Source: Eledone cirrhosa (lineage: Eukaryota). Taken from it: a stretch of DNA of 64,000 nucleotides. The DNA is taken from assembly GCA_964016885.1 (NCBI GenBank), contig OZ024742.1, positions 332,816,001 through 332,880,000 on the forward strand, written 5' to 3'. The notes below the pieces were generated by a model. That model saw only the letters and a program-made list of their open reading frames with translations, did not search any database and was not told the origin of the DNA. Within the stretch, counting starts at the first letter, position 1; each line of letters opens with the position of its first letter. Of this stretch, positions 43,914-58,200 are shown piece after piece. Made by a program: the position numbers and the translations under genes.

Positions 43914-46882
43914 GTGTTAAACGATATTCAATGATTATGTCAAAGAATGTGTTTTACAGTAGATTGGAAGCACTCTACGAAAAAAGTTTTCGGAGTTATT
44001 AATATTAAAATATAAATATTAATAAAATAGATGTTCTTTTGATCAATTACATTTTTTTATACATATTTCGGATGTACAACAGTACGTCCTCATCAGACAA
44101 AATATTTTGATACATGACATACCCTGAGATGTTAAATGGTTAAGGTTTAATCAAGGTAGTGATTAGCCTAAGAGAAAATTTTACATATATAGCCTAATTA
44201 TGAGAAAATGCGAAAACGTAATAAATTCATTAGAGAATGTGTGAGTAAGAAAAACGTTGCTTACTGTAACTGTTCTAGAGGTTTTAAAATGTATGATACT
44301 ACGATATATCTAGGAAAACGTCTCATGAATCATAACAGCCAGTGATAGCCACTGGAAAAAGATTTATAAAGAGGGAAAGATAAATGGTTTAGGGGGGGGG
44401 GGTATATATATGTAGAAGGAGAATGTTTCCGAAAGTTAAACCGTTAAATTTGAAAATATTTATGGTGAAGACTCCAGATTTCAGGATTATTTGCTGGTTA
44501 TTTATATATTATTTTTATAAATTCGATAAGTGTGTTATCATTTCTAAGCTTCTGAATTTTATGAGGGTAACATTTAAAGGATTTAGCTGGCACATAAATA
44601 ATGAAATATTATACTGTTGATTATTTACCTAAATTTAAACTTTAACAAAGATACCAACATATTAGGTATGTAAAGCTTTTGAAGTACTTATTGTTATAAA
44701 TATTTAAATAACGATTATGTATATAGGTATATATTAATGAGCCATGTAAATAATAACGACGAAGATAAAAATAAAATAAGATAATAGATTGAGGCATGTT
44801 AAGTATAAATATACACCTATGTATAACTGGGTGTAAATGTATTAATTATTCTTCAACCAAGATATCAACATATTATTAGATATAGGGAGGTATATATATA
44901 GATATATATTAGGTATTAGTAGTATAGTATTCTTTAGGTAAGTGATAACAGTTATAATTTTATAAAGTAGAGTTCAACATGTTACATTTAAATACATATA
45001 TAAATATATATAAGAAAAACAATAATGAGTGCATGGATAATTCAGAGTTCAGAATAATGACTATAATAATTTTTAGTTTGGATATTTTCTCTATATTTGA
45101 ATCATATATATAGAAATGTGGTAGGTATATTTAAAAATATTAAAAAATATATAAAATATAATATATAACTACATACATATTATAATACATTATATTATAA
45201 ATAAGAGATTCAAAGCGCAGCAAAAATTCGCATTTATATATAAGTGTGAATCTGTCTTAAATTTTAGATTTTAAAGTGCAGTAAATATATTTAAAAGAAA
45301 TATATGCATATACTATATTATATTATACTATAAATAAGAGATCAAAAACTCATTAAAAATTCACAGTTATAGATAAGTTCCATAAAAGTTTATGGATTGG
45401 GTATTAAACTAAAATTTAAAAGAGATCAAAAATGTATTAAAAATTCTTAGTTATAGATAACTTCCGTAAATATGTAAGGGTTAGGTATTATACTAAATTA
45501 TAAGCATAGATAGGAAGATAGATAGAGAAATAAAGAAATAAAGAAATGATGGTATTGATCAAAGTTAACAAAATAATGTTATGTGTATCAATGTTCAGGC
45601 ATGTTATTGAACAAGTGTCATTCATTCGAGCGTTGTTTCTTCTATAGATAGCTATAATATAAAGCAATATTAAAGGCCATTAATGTTTTTCACTGTAAAT
45701 TATATATTCCTGGTAACCAAGTTATTATTGGTTTGGTGTTATTGCCTCTTTTGTTTTTTTCGTTTTATGGGAGGCTAAAAAAGTGGACGTAGCTTTATTC
45801 AGGCAACTAGAGAATAATTCACTTTTTTGTTTAATAGGGTCTCATAGTTATTAATAATCAACAGGGTCTCCATTGTAGAGAGCGGGCAGTTATTTGATAT
45901 ACTAGAGTTGGGGTAAATTCCACAGTTCCGAAGTTTTGTCCAAAGAATGGAGTATTTTAAATCCTTCTCTTTTAATGACCATATGAGCTGTGATAAAGAC
46001 GTGGATGATTTCCTCTTAGAGTTCGATAGTGAGCATTTATGGTTCGCAAAACGGTCTTTGAATGTGGAAGAGGTTGAACCAATGTAGTTGTATGTTTTGT
46101 GATCAGTTTTTACGGTGTATTTATAAACCAAATTACTATCTAAACAATTATTTTCCAAAGGGCAATTAGTTTTATTCCTACAATTATATTTTGGTTTAGT
46201 ATCATTTATGTTAACTCTATTATTATGATCATTATGCTGGTTTGGTTTTAGGATTTTGGCGTTTAATTTGGCAATGTTTTGGGCCTAAATTGGTAATTAA
46301 TTTATAGGCTTCTTCATTAATTCCAGTAAGATCCCCAGCCGGGGCTTTTTTGCAATTTTTCCTAAGTTCTTTCAAAATCAGGTCGTTATATTCATCTTTG
46401 CTTATCCCATATAAATTATTAGTTTTGTCCGATTTAACCAATACTTTGTTAACATTTTTTATTCCAGTGATTTTATCTTTTAGAGATCTGAGGTATTGGT
46501 GACCTATCAACCTTTATCTTTCCCTCTTTATAAATCCTTTTCCAGTGGCTATCACTGGCTGTTATGATTCATGAGACGTTTTCGTAGATATATCGTAGTA
46601 TCATACATTTCAAAACCACTAGAACAGTTACAGTAAGCAATGTTTTTCTTACTCACACATTCTCTAATGAATTTATTACGTTTTCGCATTTTCTCATAAT
46701 TAGGCTATATATGTAAACTTTTCTCTGGGGTAATCACTACCTTGATTAAATCTTAACACATCAGCGTATGTCATGTATCATTATATTTTGTCTGATGAGG
46801 ACGTACTGTTGTACATCCGAAATACGTATAATAAAATGTAATTGATCAAAAGAACATCTATTTTATTAATATTTATATTTTA

Positions 46883-46884
<2 letters not shown>
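43910..46884 (-). mobile_element. Internally deleted Hydra-like PLE with an inverted ~375-bp arm (46511-46884)
   Basis: ORF pieces KVLVKSDKTNNLY and CPLENNCLDSNLVYKYTV..YIGST..FKDRFANHK; RT core missing; arm matches 44004-44385; related to the element at 1-3235. Confidence 0.88.
46782..46840 (+). ncRNA. Type I hammerhead ribozyme (inverted copy at 44048-44105)
   Basis: tatattttgt-CTGATGA-ggacgtac tgtt gtacatcc-GAAA-tacgta-TA-ataaaatgta. Confidence 0.88.
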
Positions 46885-46951
<67 letters not shown>

Positions 46952-47980
46952 ATGAGAGAGAGAGAAATTTCGTATTTCTAAAGAAATACGGTTTTAGGAA
47001 GCCGTAGCTATGTAAACACCGAGGCTAACGCCCCCTGATGGTGTCCAGCAGAAGCAAGGGGGACAACCGTCTATGCTTTTCAGTTTTGAATGGCCTTCTT
47101 CAGGACGGTCCCTCCCACTGCTTGCGAATGCTGGACTAAAAAACAGTCGAGAATATATAGTTTTCTCGTCTGTGTAAATGAGGTGATTAATCTCTTTTGC
47201 ATATGAAGCTGCATAAGTTGTTCAACTTATAATAACAAAGAAATAAGATTTCGCTTCAAGCATAGCTTTATACAATATGTATAGAAATTTCGTATTTCTA
47301 AATAAATACGGTTTTAGGAAACACCGGGGCTTACGCCCTTTGGTGGTATATATATGTATATAGCTAACATAACTGTATTTACTTGGTTTCAAGAAATCTG
47401 CTGATAATTCTTTTGATCTGATTTAACATCATTTTCAGCAATGCATCTAAAAACCACCCTTCGGGTAGTTTTTTGCAGCATGTGTAGTTTGTTTTTTGAT
47501 ATTATACGCAAGTATATATACATGTAGATATGATACATCAAATAAAATCGTAATTGACAATATAAACAGAAATTGAACGAAGACGTTGTTACACTGTCTT
47601 ATGTAATCAGTAACATAATCCATGATACATTAAAAAAAACGACGATATTATATATAAACTGCATTAGGAGAAAATTAATTGTTTCTACTTTAGGCACAAG
47701 GCCAGCAATTACCCAGTGCATTACTGGTACTTTATTTTATCGACCCCGTAAGGATGAAAGGCAAAGTCAACCTCTAGTATGTTTAATTAAGTGATCGCCA
47801 CCGGATGTTTTGACATCACACACTCTCTCTCTTTCTATAAATGTGGTAGTTGAAGTGATGGTGGTGGCAACGATATACCGGAAGTGCAACTTTGAAAAGA
47901 AGTCAATTTAAAATTATTTATTTTTACAAAATTATTTTTGTTTACGAAATTTAGTAGATAGATTATGTAATATTTATTCG

Positions 47981-48157
47981 ATTGGCAGTATCGGTAGAGG
48001 GTCGGACGCCATGCTTTGAAGCATAGAGTTACCTCCCATTATGATCTGAGTTCAAATCCCGCCGAGGTTAACTTTTCCTTTCATCCTTACGGCGTCGATA
48101 AAATAAAGTACCAGTAATGCACTGGGTAATTGCTGGCCTTGTGCCAACAGTAGTAAC
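47981..48157 (+). mobile_element. tRNA-derived SINE (12672 family); partial copies at 47681-47772 (-) and 51721-51850 (+)
   Basis: Direct sequence match to the 12672 copy. Confidence 0.85.
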
Positions 48158-48938
48158 AATTATTTATTCAAAGTAATCCAACTTATTTTACTAACGGGAT
48201 AAAAAAAAAACCGTACGCAGTCCCGCAAACCTTCTTTATTATAGTTTAGATTAATATTGTTTTTATTATTATTATTGGCCAATATAATTAAAAATGTTCA
48301 ATTGTATTTCAGTATAACTGGCTTCTTCCTTCCAGGTATTTAATGAAATGGGGTCAACAACGGACTTGTGTTTGTGACCTTTATTTGTGACTGGGAACAA
48401 TAAAAAATTATTGGAATTTTTATGTAATTACTTTCTATTTTTTGTATTTTCTTAAATATTTACTCTAGTTTAAGTCCATTGTATTCTAAGAGTGTTTGTT
48501 ACATTTGTTGTATTCATTTTTCTTTTGTGATTCTCTTGATTCATCATAATCATAATATTCTTTTCTTTTAATAATAATATTATTATTATTATTTATTATT
48601 ATTTCAAACGAAGATGATATTTTTAAAATGTTGTTTTAGATGTAAACATTAAGATAATATAGTGTTAGCATACCTTATTTTTTACATTAGTGGTTTGGAA
48701 AAAAAGATAATAAAACTAAATGAGAGAGCTTCTGCATTCAATCTATTTCAGTTACACACTGTGTAGTTGAAAATCGCATTAACACTCTTAAAGCTTTTTT
48801 TAATTTATACCTGGGTAAACCAAGTATAAAATCAAAAGAGTTCCAGTTCATTTTAAGAATTCTAAGATAAAATGCATCACAATGTATATTTATTGTTCTT
48901 TTTCTGCCTGTGAAGGATTGGCTAAGTTTAGCGTTCCT

Positions 48939-49311
48939 TGTATCTTCAGTTCACTTTAATTTCCTTTTAGAAAACACTGTAACTGGTTTACATATGTCAA
49001 AAAATCTTGCAAATTTGGTTGTTTTGTAACTTACTCTTCATGAAATATTCTTCGCTAGTAAAAATGTGCAATACACTTTACATTAACCTTAGCTATTTAG
49101 TCTACCCCAGAGTTTGTTCTTACACTTTAAGTGCAAACTCTGGGGTAGACTAAATAGCTAAGGTTGATGTAAAGTGTATTGCACATTTTTACTAGCGAAG
49201 AAAATTTCATGAAGAGTAAGTTACAAAACAACCAAATTTGCAAGATTTTTTGATATATGTAAACCAGTTACAGTGTTTTCCAAAAGGAAATTAAAGTGAA
49301 CTTAAGATACA
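48939..49311. repeat. ~178-bp-arm palindrome with a 17-nt spacer
   Basis: 48939-49116 versus 49134-49311, about 5 mismatches. Confidence 0.95.
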
Positions 49312-49682
49312 CTTTAAGTGCATTACATTTACATGAGACTTTGAAGCACGTTAGTTAGGTGCCCTACGTTACGAGATTATCTTCTTTCAATTAAATGAAT
49401 TTATCAAACGTATATGACGTTTCCTCCAACAAACATTGATCTTTTATTTTGGCTGAATATTGTAAAGGTTGCACATAGCCACTCTTTGGTTTTAATTTGC
49501 ACGTAAGTTCATTTAAATTATGGTGATAAATTGGCAGTTGTTGGATGATTAGATCGAATATTTTGCGATATTTATTTCGGACCTCTGCCTTCTGACTTCA
49601 AATCCAGTAGAGGTTAGATTCACCTTTCATAATTTCGGATTCAATAAACCAATTACCACACCAATAATTGAGTTGAATCGCC

Positions 49683-49965
<283 letters not shown>

Positions 49966-52900
49966 TCGGTCGCGCATTAGGGTGGGTCCACCAGGTTATA
50001 AATATCCTGTGTCATGTATGAACCTGGACGACACTAACAGGATTTAAGAAGCCAATTAATGAATGTATGCTTTCGGTTTACTTTTGATTTTGAAACGTGT
50101 TCTAATATTACTATGCCTTGAGTGATTAACCCCATTCAACTGAATGAATATATCAAAAGTATATGCCATTTCTCACATCTAACATAGAGATATTCGTTTG
50201 GCTGAGAGTACAAAAGAAACTTCCAGTAGAAATAGAAACATTTCTTTTCGAAAATCGCAAAACCCTACCAACGCGCTTTCTAGCGATATGCCTCACATTT
50301 CAGTATGTATAATACTATTATACAAAATTTCTCGTATATATACATATATATATATATATTATAAAATGAAGATTTCTCTTTTGTTTACTGTTTTTAATTG
50401 AATAAATGTGGGTAATTTTACAGCTTCGTTTCCTTCTAATTTTTGTTATTGAGGCCTAGGTTTCACAATTAGTGCATGGGAATGAAGAAAACATCCAAAA
50501 TTATGATTATTCCGTTTTACTTAGAAATTTACTCTACCATTGTTGCAGTTATATCAATGTAAATGCTGTAGAAAATACCGAAATATTTTGTTTACAGAAA
50601 TGAAACATTTTAATTTCAGATTTATTCCGCAGTAGCAAAACACTTCAAAAATAGGTACGATTTATAATGTTCTCTTCATAAAACTAACGCACAAACAACA
50701 CAAGTAAATCTGCTAAACTATCAGCATTAGATGTCTCATCCATTTGAAGTGAAAATATTGTGTTCATTTTAAGACGCCTTAGCTTAGTTTCGACCGCCCC
50801 CCCCCCCCACACACACACTCTCTCTCTCTCTTTCACTCACGTACACATATACATACACACATAAATGGCATATCAGAATATATCTTGAAAAGTGGTCCGA
50901 TCTCAAAATTTCATCAGATTTTTTTTCTTTATTTACCATCTATTCCACAAATTCTTTATTGTAATTTTTTTTTCATAATTGTATGTGATTCCATTTGATA
51001 ATCACTGAAATGAAGGAAGTAATTTTTTTACGTAACTTACAGACACGAAACGTTCCTTTCATTCAATTCTAAACACTTTCTTTGAAAATGTTCTTTAATT
51101 AAATTTTTATTTTTACATCGGAATATATTACCTGATGTTACTTTAGTTTAGTTGAATTTAAGCTATTATTACTTTACAATCTTCCAGGTTTGACATACAG
51201 TCCACATGGTTCAATCTCATCACCAGTCCAGGTGAAATATTGAGCAAATAAAAGTTATATAATTTCCTTCTTTATTTTTAATGTGTCCGGCATATCATGA
51301 TATTACGTTTGAAGATAGATTTACGTTCACATTGCTTATTTACACTTGGAGTATCGATATTTAACCCTTAAAACTTCAGATAAACTAATGTATTGTTTAT
51401 GTGACATTATAAGTGTCCCATACATATATATTCAATAACAAAAAATGTCAGGTAATACCGATCAGAGCCCCTTAAAATTATCAGCTGCCTAATTTCCCAG
51501 TCAGAGTAGAAGGCATTTAAGTTTATGAAGTTGTATCTGTTCAGTAACTTGATATGAGATGATGTATGTACTTATATACATATTCATATGAGTATATCTA
51601 GAATAATGTAAATGAAATACATAAAAAAGGGGGAACCAAACTGAGTAGAAAACGAAGGTGGGTCTGTAGCTCATTCCTCTACATGAAAACAAACGTGATA
51701 TTTTACAATGCCTGCCATTAGGGTCGATGCCATGCTTTGACGCATAGAATTAAGGCCCTTGCCATTCTGAGTTCAAATCCTGCCGAGGTTAACTTTGCCT
51801 TTCATCCTTATGGGGTCGATAAAATAAACTACCAGTAATGTACTGGTACATTAAGTAGAAACATAAAAGTAGAAACAATTAATAACTTATCTAGGAATTA
51901 CAAATGAATTTATCATTCTTGCAAAAACGAAGAATGAACATTGCCGAGAACATTTTATCTCGCACGTTAGATTAACATATTGTACAAACAATATGATTTT
52001 TTTTTTTTCTAAAACAATGCAATGATCACATTAAATATAAATAAGTCGCAATAAAGAATGACATTTGTTATTTTAATCAAAAGGCTGCAGCGGGCCATTC
52101 TTCTGTCTTAAGTAATTTACTACTTTCCCTTCAGATTCACTAAAATAATATACCTGTTTATGATTATTGTAGCCGAGTTTATATTGCTATAATCATACTA
52201 GATTTCTGCGGAATCGTTATCTATCATTTTACATTAGATCCTCTGGCATTGCTTAAAATACGTAATTACTATTCAAGTCGAGGTTTCTATAGTTACCTCA
52301 TTCAAAATATGTGCCTGTTTGTTTAAATTAGTAATCAATATTCATACAGTGCAAGTTCAAATCCCATTAAGGTCGATGTTAGCTTTCGTCCTTCCCGTGT
52401 CGATTGTATAAAGAAACGCACAAATAATGGAGTCGGTTTTATAATCTACCCCCAAATCCACTAAGCTTATAGCTTCACAGCTAACTGAAAATTAATTATT
52501 AGGGTGATATGTGGGTGGTAGCCGACAAAGACTGATATAAATCTGAAAAAAGTTATTTGTGATATTTCGTTACGTCCCTTCGACTGGAGTTCAAACGCAG
52601 CCGAAGTTCGGTTTGTCCGTTACACTTTAGGGCTTGATGTTAAAAGCTAAGTCAATTTAACCGACTATGTCTTATTCCTCTCTATTTTTAAGTTCAGAAA
52701 ACACATTATTTTGGCAGTGTAGGCATAGAAAAGGATCTGAACACTTATAGTAATATTTTATTTCGGTCTCTTTCACTGTAAAGTTCGACTTTATAAATAC
52801 TCGTAATATACTTGTTTAGATATAATAGACTATGTCTCTATCTCTCAGATTTCTGTTCAGTGATAATAGAAAGACTGTGAAATATGATTCTAAAATATTA

Positions 52901-54081
52901 ATCACGGAATGTCAATTCTCGATGGACAAAATGCTGCTTACGAACATTTACTATTTACACTAACAATAGCTTGCTATCAAAACTGACGGCCATTTTAATC
53001 AGAATCTTAAGAATGGTATTAAAATAGCCGACAGTTTTGATGGCAAGCTTTTGTCGTCTTTACGATGTTTTCACATATTACGACTAGAAATCGTCTAAGT
53101 TATAGAAAAAAAAAGTAGAATGTTTATTTTTTTATTTTTTTATTTTTTTATTTTTTAGTTATTCACATTTTGAAAAAAAATGTAGTAATGTTAACATTAA
53201 CATTTTTAAAACATCATAAGTATTTTATGCAAGTAAACATTTCTAGTTTACATTTAGTAGGAACGGAAAATAAAAAAAAAACCACTTAACCTGTTAGTTT
53301 AGAGGAAAATGTCACGAATATTAAAGGCATTTGAAATTTTAGAATCAGCAAATCTTTAACATCTTTTATTATTTACATATTTCAATTCAAGCTACTGTTT
53401 TCTTTCTTTGTTGTTGTTTTTATCTTAAAAATTACGTCGGGAAATGTATATATTTTAGAATATTTTATATTTGATTCCTCAAACTTTACATTTCATCTTA
53501 CAACAGTCGATGAAATAAAGTGCCAATTCAGTAGTGGGGTCAATATAACAAACCTAATTTTCCCACAAAATTACTGCCTAAAATAGAAAACATTTTCATT
53601 AATATAATTGTTGATGCTTTACTTGTAATTGTATATCTGATGTTTGTTTTTTTTATGTTGCAGAGATAATATGAAATATATTCATATCGTTGGTATTCCT
53701 GATCATCTTCTATGTAGTGATTATGAGACTTATCGGATAGCTTATCAAAAACAGAGCTTGATCGACGACAGTTTCCCGTGAGCATACCTACAAAAATATT
53801 TATTTTAAATAGTAATGTTGCCCATACTCAAATAAATTGAATTCTATCCTGTTTATAAACGTGAAACAACAACTTCCCTGTTTTCTGATCATGACAAATT
53901 TATGTGGCATGCATGGAGTCTTTAAATCTTGAGAGTGTCGTAAGGTTTCTGATGGGACATACGAATTATTCGGGTATTGTGAATCTCTCAGGACCCATTC
54001 TTTTCCAGTTTTGATTTCATCTGATTTCTTCGGAGGTTAAAAAGAAAAAGGAGCCTCTCCCTCTCATATATATATATATAA

Positions 54082-54082
<1 letters not shown>

Positions 54083-54163
<81 letters not shown>
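54083..54163. repeat. (TAA)n microsatellite upstream of the Dong/R4 stack
   Basis: Directly visible. Confidence 0.98.
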
Positions 54164-54164
<1 letters not shown>

Positions 54165-54795
54165 GGGAGGGAAGAAGACGCACGAGGTGACGGAGGTCAT
54201 GAAATCGCTCCCGTAAGTTTTGAATTTTTAACATATTTAAACCATTTGTGAAATAACAACTCTTAGTACAAATGCTACGTAAAGCACCCGGCTTGAGCCC
54301 CAAAAAATTCGGACCCAAAATATATTGTTATAAGGCTCAAATATTCAAATATTCAACTTTGTATTGTACACTGTATATCCAAAAAAGAAAATGGCTATAA
54401 ATGGAAGAAGAACCCCCCCCCCCCCTCCTCCTCTGTATACACTATATAGAACAGCCAAACTCACCAACACCAGAAACTAGATACACCACCCACCCTATCA
54501 CCTGTGTACACTAAACCACCACCGATCACTACGGCCATCATTACAACCATTATCCCATCACCGCCGCCACCACCCCTTCACTCCTTCACTGCTGCCACCG
54601 CTACAGCACCATCGCTACAGTAATACGGTCACATCACCGCCACCACTGCCTCGGTATCGACATCACCACCACCACTGTCTCAGTATCGCTACCGCCGCCA
54701 GTCTCCCACTTCTTCTTTTAGCTGGCTGCTGCCACCACATTATAGAATCCCTACTGCTAAAAAAGAGGAAGGCATCAAAATATATAGATAGACTC
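54164..54795 (+). repeat. Diverged ~600-bp repeat, with a second copy at 63486-64000
   Basis: Collinear shared blocks gctcccgtaagttt, cacatcaccaccaccactg, tatcgctaccgccg and aaagaggaa.gcatc.aaa.atata.atagact; both copies follow (TAA)n. Confidence 0.7.
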
Positions 54796-55211
54796 AAAAG
54801 AAAAAAGAAAAAATAAACAACAAAAGCAGCACAGCAACAACAGTAAAAAACGAGAAAAACAGAGAAAAACAAAAACAAAAAAAGAAACCCCCAAAACGTA
54901 AAGAAAATAAGAATGAAGAGAGAGGCAGGCGGACGGACAGAGAAGAGGGGGGAAAAAGTAAAACTTAAAAAACAAAAACTAAGTCAGACATTCGAATACT
55001 ACATTACAATGAAACTTATGCTTATTCATTTTTGGGGCCCTTTCTGCCCGTGTGTTTGTTTGTTTATGTGTGTCCGTATACAGCGTGGTGATGATGCCAC
55101 ACAAGGGCCAAGTGGGATGGCGGATCCACAGATGGCTATGTAAACATACATTCGCCAATCCTCGATAAGAGTGTTTAAATATCGAACATAAACAGTTCGA
55201 ATAACGGTGAA

Positions 55212-58200
55212 ATGGAGACTAGAACGTCATGTGACAGACTCTCACCCAACAGGTGCCCCCTGGCTCAGCAGCAGGAACCTGACTGTCAACGAAATACTGC
55301 TGATGTTGGAGGAAGAAGAAGAAGGAAAGGGGCCAGAACCAACTGGACGAAAGAATTGAATAGAACTGTTATGCAATGCTACCTGAAAAGTAACCCCAAG
55401 GAGAGGGGCTACAGGAGACGGATGCATAACATCTGGAACGAGATTGGTTTATTTAAATTAGATGAACAAAAATTGGCCGGGCAGGCTCGGGTAATAAGAA
55501 CTAATGGGTGGATAAGCGAGCTGGAACTGGAGGAACTGAGCAGAGAGAATGGCTTGGAGATGGCGGGTGTAGTATGCCAGACAAGCGAGCCGGCGGGAAA
55601 TGAAGGTGAGGAGGTCCTGAGAGCGGAGGAACCACCCGAAGCAGACAATGATCTGAATACTGAGATAAATAATACCTGGAACAGAGATACGGCCACTGAG
55701 GAGATGAATGCTGACGGGCTAGGACAAGATTCGGTTGACATCCTAAATTTAGTGGTAGATGAGTTGAACAATGATAGTGGGAGACCTATGAACCTAAGAT
55801 TTGTAGACAGGAAAAAGTTAAAAGAAACAACAGCTAAGGTAAACAAAGTCATCCCATACCTTGAGGCGAGGAGTCTTCACCAGTGCAACAATATCCTCAA
55901 AGCAACAGCAAATACGGTGAGGAAACTACTTGGTATAAAAGCGAGAGGAAACAACAGACAAGAAAGAGCAGAGCCGTGGTGGAAGAAGCGACTGAGTGGG
56001 CAAATCGGGGAAATGAGAAATGACATAGGAAAGCTTGAGTCACTACTGAATGGGACACTAAAAAACATAGGCACTAAAAATAGATTGGAAATAAAATACA
56101 AAACTAGGAGTAAAAAGCTAAATATTATCATAGAGGAATTGAAGCAACGCATTGTAGCAAAGAGTGCCAAAATCAGGCGATACGAGAACAGAGTCAGTCA
56201 GTATAAACAGAACCGCATGTTCGACAACAACCAGAAGATGCTGTTTGGACAGCTTGAGGGGAAAGAAAGAGGCACCGACTTGATCCCTGGGGCGGAACAA
56301 GCTAAAACATTCTGGAGAGGAATATGGGAGCAGGATGTTAGACACAATGCCCAGGCAGGGTGGATTGAGACAGTACAGAGGGAGATCGGTGAGCAGGCAC
56401 AGCAACAGACTGATTTGAGTATCACAGTTGAAACTCTTAAGGGGCAAGCCAAAAAACTAACCAACTGGAAATCACCAGGCCCAGATGGTGTGCAGGGGTA
56501 TTGGATTAAACATTTAACATCCCTCCACCCGAAGCTGACGGCCATGTTCAATGACTGCTTGGTGTCGGGTGAGGTGCCAGAGTGGTTGACAAAAGGTACC
56601 ACAGTTCTGATAATGAAAGACCGAATCAAGGGTAATGATGTTACCAACTATAGACCTATCACATGTCTGCCCGTAATGTGGAAACTGTTGACGAGCATTG
56701 TGTCTGAGGAAATCTACCATCACCTCCACACAAACAACTTGTTGCCGGACGAACAGAAAGGATGCCGAAAGAAGTCACGTGGTACAAAGGACCAGTTGCT
56801 TATTGATAAGATGGTAATGGGGAATTGCAGGAGGAGACACACTGATCTTGCCATGGGATGGATAGACTACAGAAAGGCATTTGACATGGTGCCTCATTCC
56901 TGGATCACCAAAAGCCTGGAGATCTTCAGGGTGGCAGATAACATCAGAGAGTTGCTGGGCAGGAGTATGGGGTCCTGGGAGACAGAGTTGACATCAACTG
57001 GAGTATCCTTGGGAAGCGTGAAGATCAAGAGAGGTATCTTCCAGGGAGATAGCCTGTCCCCTCTGTTGTTTGTCCTTGCCCTGATGCCCTTGACCATTAT
57101 GCTGCGAAAAGTGAGAGCAGGATACAAGTTGGGAAGGGGAGAGCTTACCATCAATCACCTCCTCTTCATGGACGATCTTAAGCTCTTCGGGAAAAGTGAG
57201 AAGGAGTTGGATGTGCTTGTTGACACTGTCCGTATTTTCAGCAGTGATATATGTATGCAGTTTGGTATTGGTAAATGTGGAGTCATTGTGATGAGGAGGG
57301 GTAGGTTGAGCAGAAGTAACGGGATCCAGATACCAACAGGTGAGATGATAAAGGAAATTGACTCTGAGGAAGGATACAAGTATTTGGGCGTTCTGGAGGC
57401 TGATGGCATAAAGAACAAAAAAATGAAGGAATTGTTAAGAACTGAATACATTCGGAGAGTAAGGAGCGTATTGAAGTCACATCTGAACAGCAGAAATGCC
57501 ATAAGCGCAGTAAATTCCCGAGCTGTGTCTATTATTAGGTACAGTGCGGGAATTCTGAGATGGAATGTTGCTGAACAAAAAGAAATGGATAGGAAGACTA
57601 GGAAGCTATTGACTATCTACAACATGTTCCACAAGAGGAGTGATGTCGATAGACTCTACCTAAGGAGATCTGAGGGTGGAAGAGGTCTTATCAGCATAGA
57701 GGACTGTGTTCAGATGGAGAAAAACAACCTATACAAATACGTGACCTATAGTAAGGAGCCAATGCTCAGAGCTGTACTGAAGGAGGGGAGAGTAGGCCAG
57801 GGGATACCCAAGGAGGAAATAACATCAAGGAGGAAGAGCAGCCTTAAGGGAAAATCCCTTCATAGTACCTTCTTTGAGAAAACTGAATTTAGAGATCCAC
57901 AGACATGGAACTGGTTGAGAAGAGGAGACCTCAAAAAGGCTACAGAAGGAATGCTAATGGCTGCGCAGGAGCAGGCCCTCAAAACGAAGTGGTTGAAGCA
58001 CCATATCTACAAGGAGGAGGCTAGCCCACTGTGCAGGATCTGTGGAGAGAGAGAGGAGACTGTGGCTCACATTGTGTCCGAGTGTAAACACCTAGCCCAG
58101 ACCCACTATAAGGGCTGGAGACACGATGTGATGGGCAGGGTGATCCACTGGCACCTGTGCAAAGTAAACAATCTACCACATTCTGAGAAATGGTATGAGC

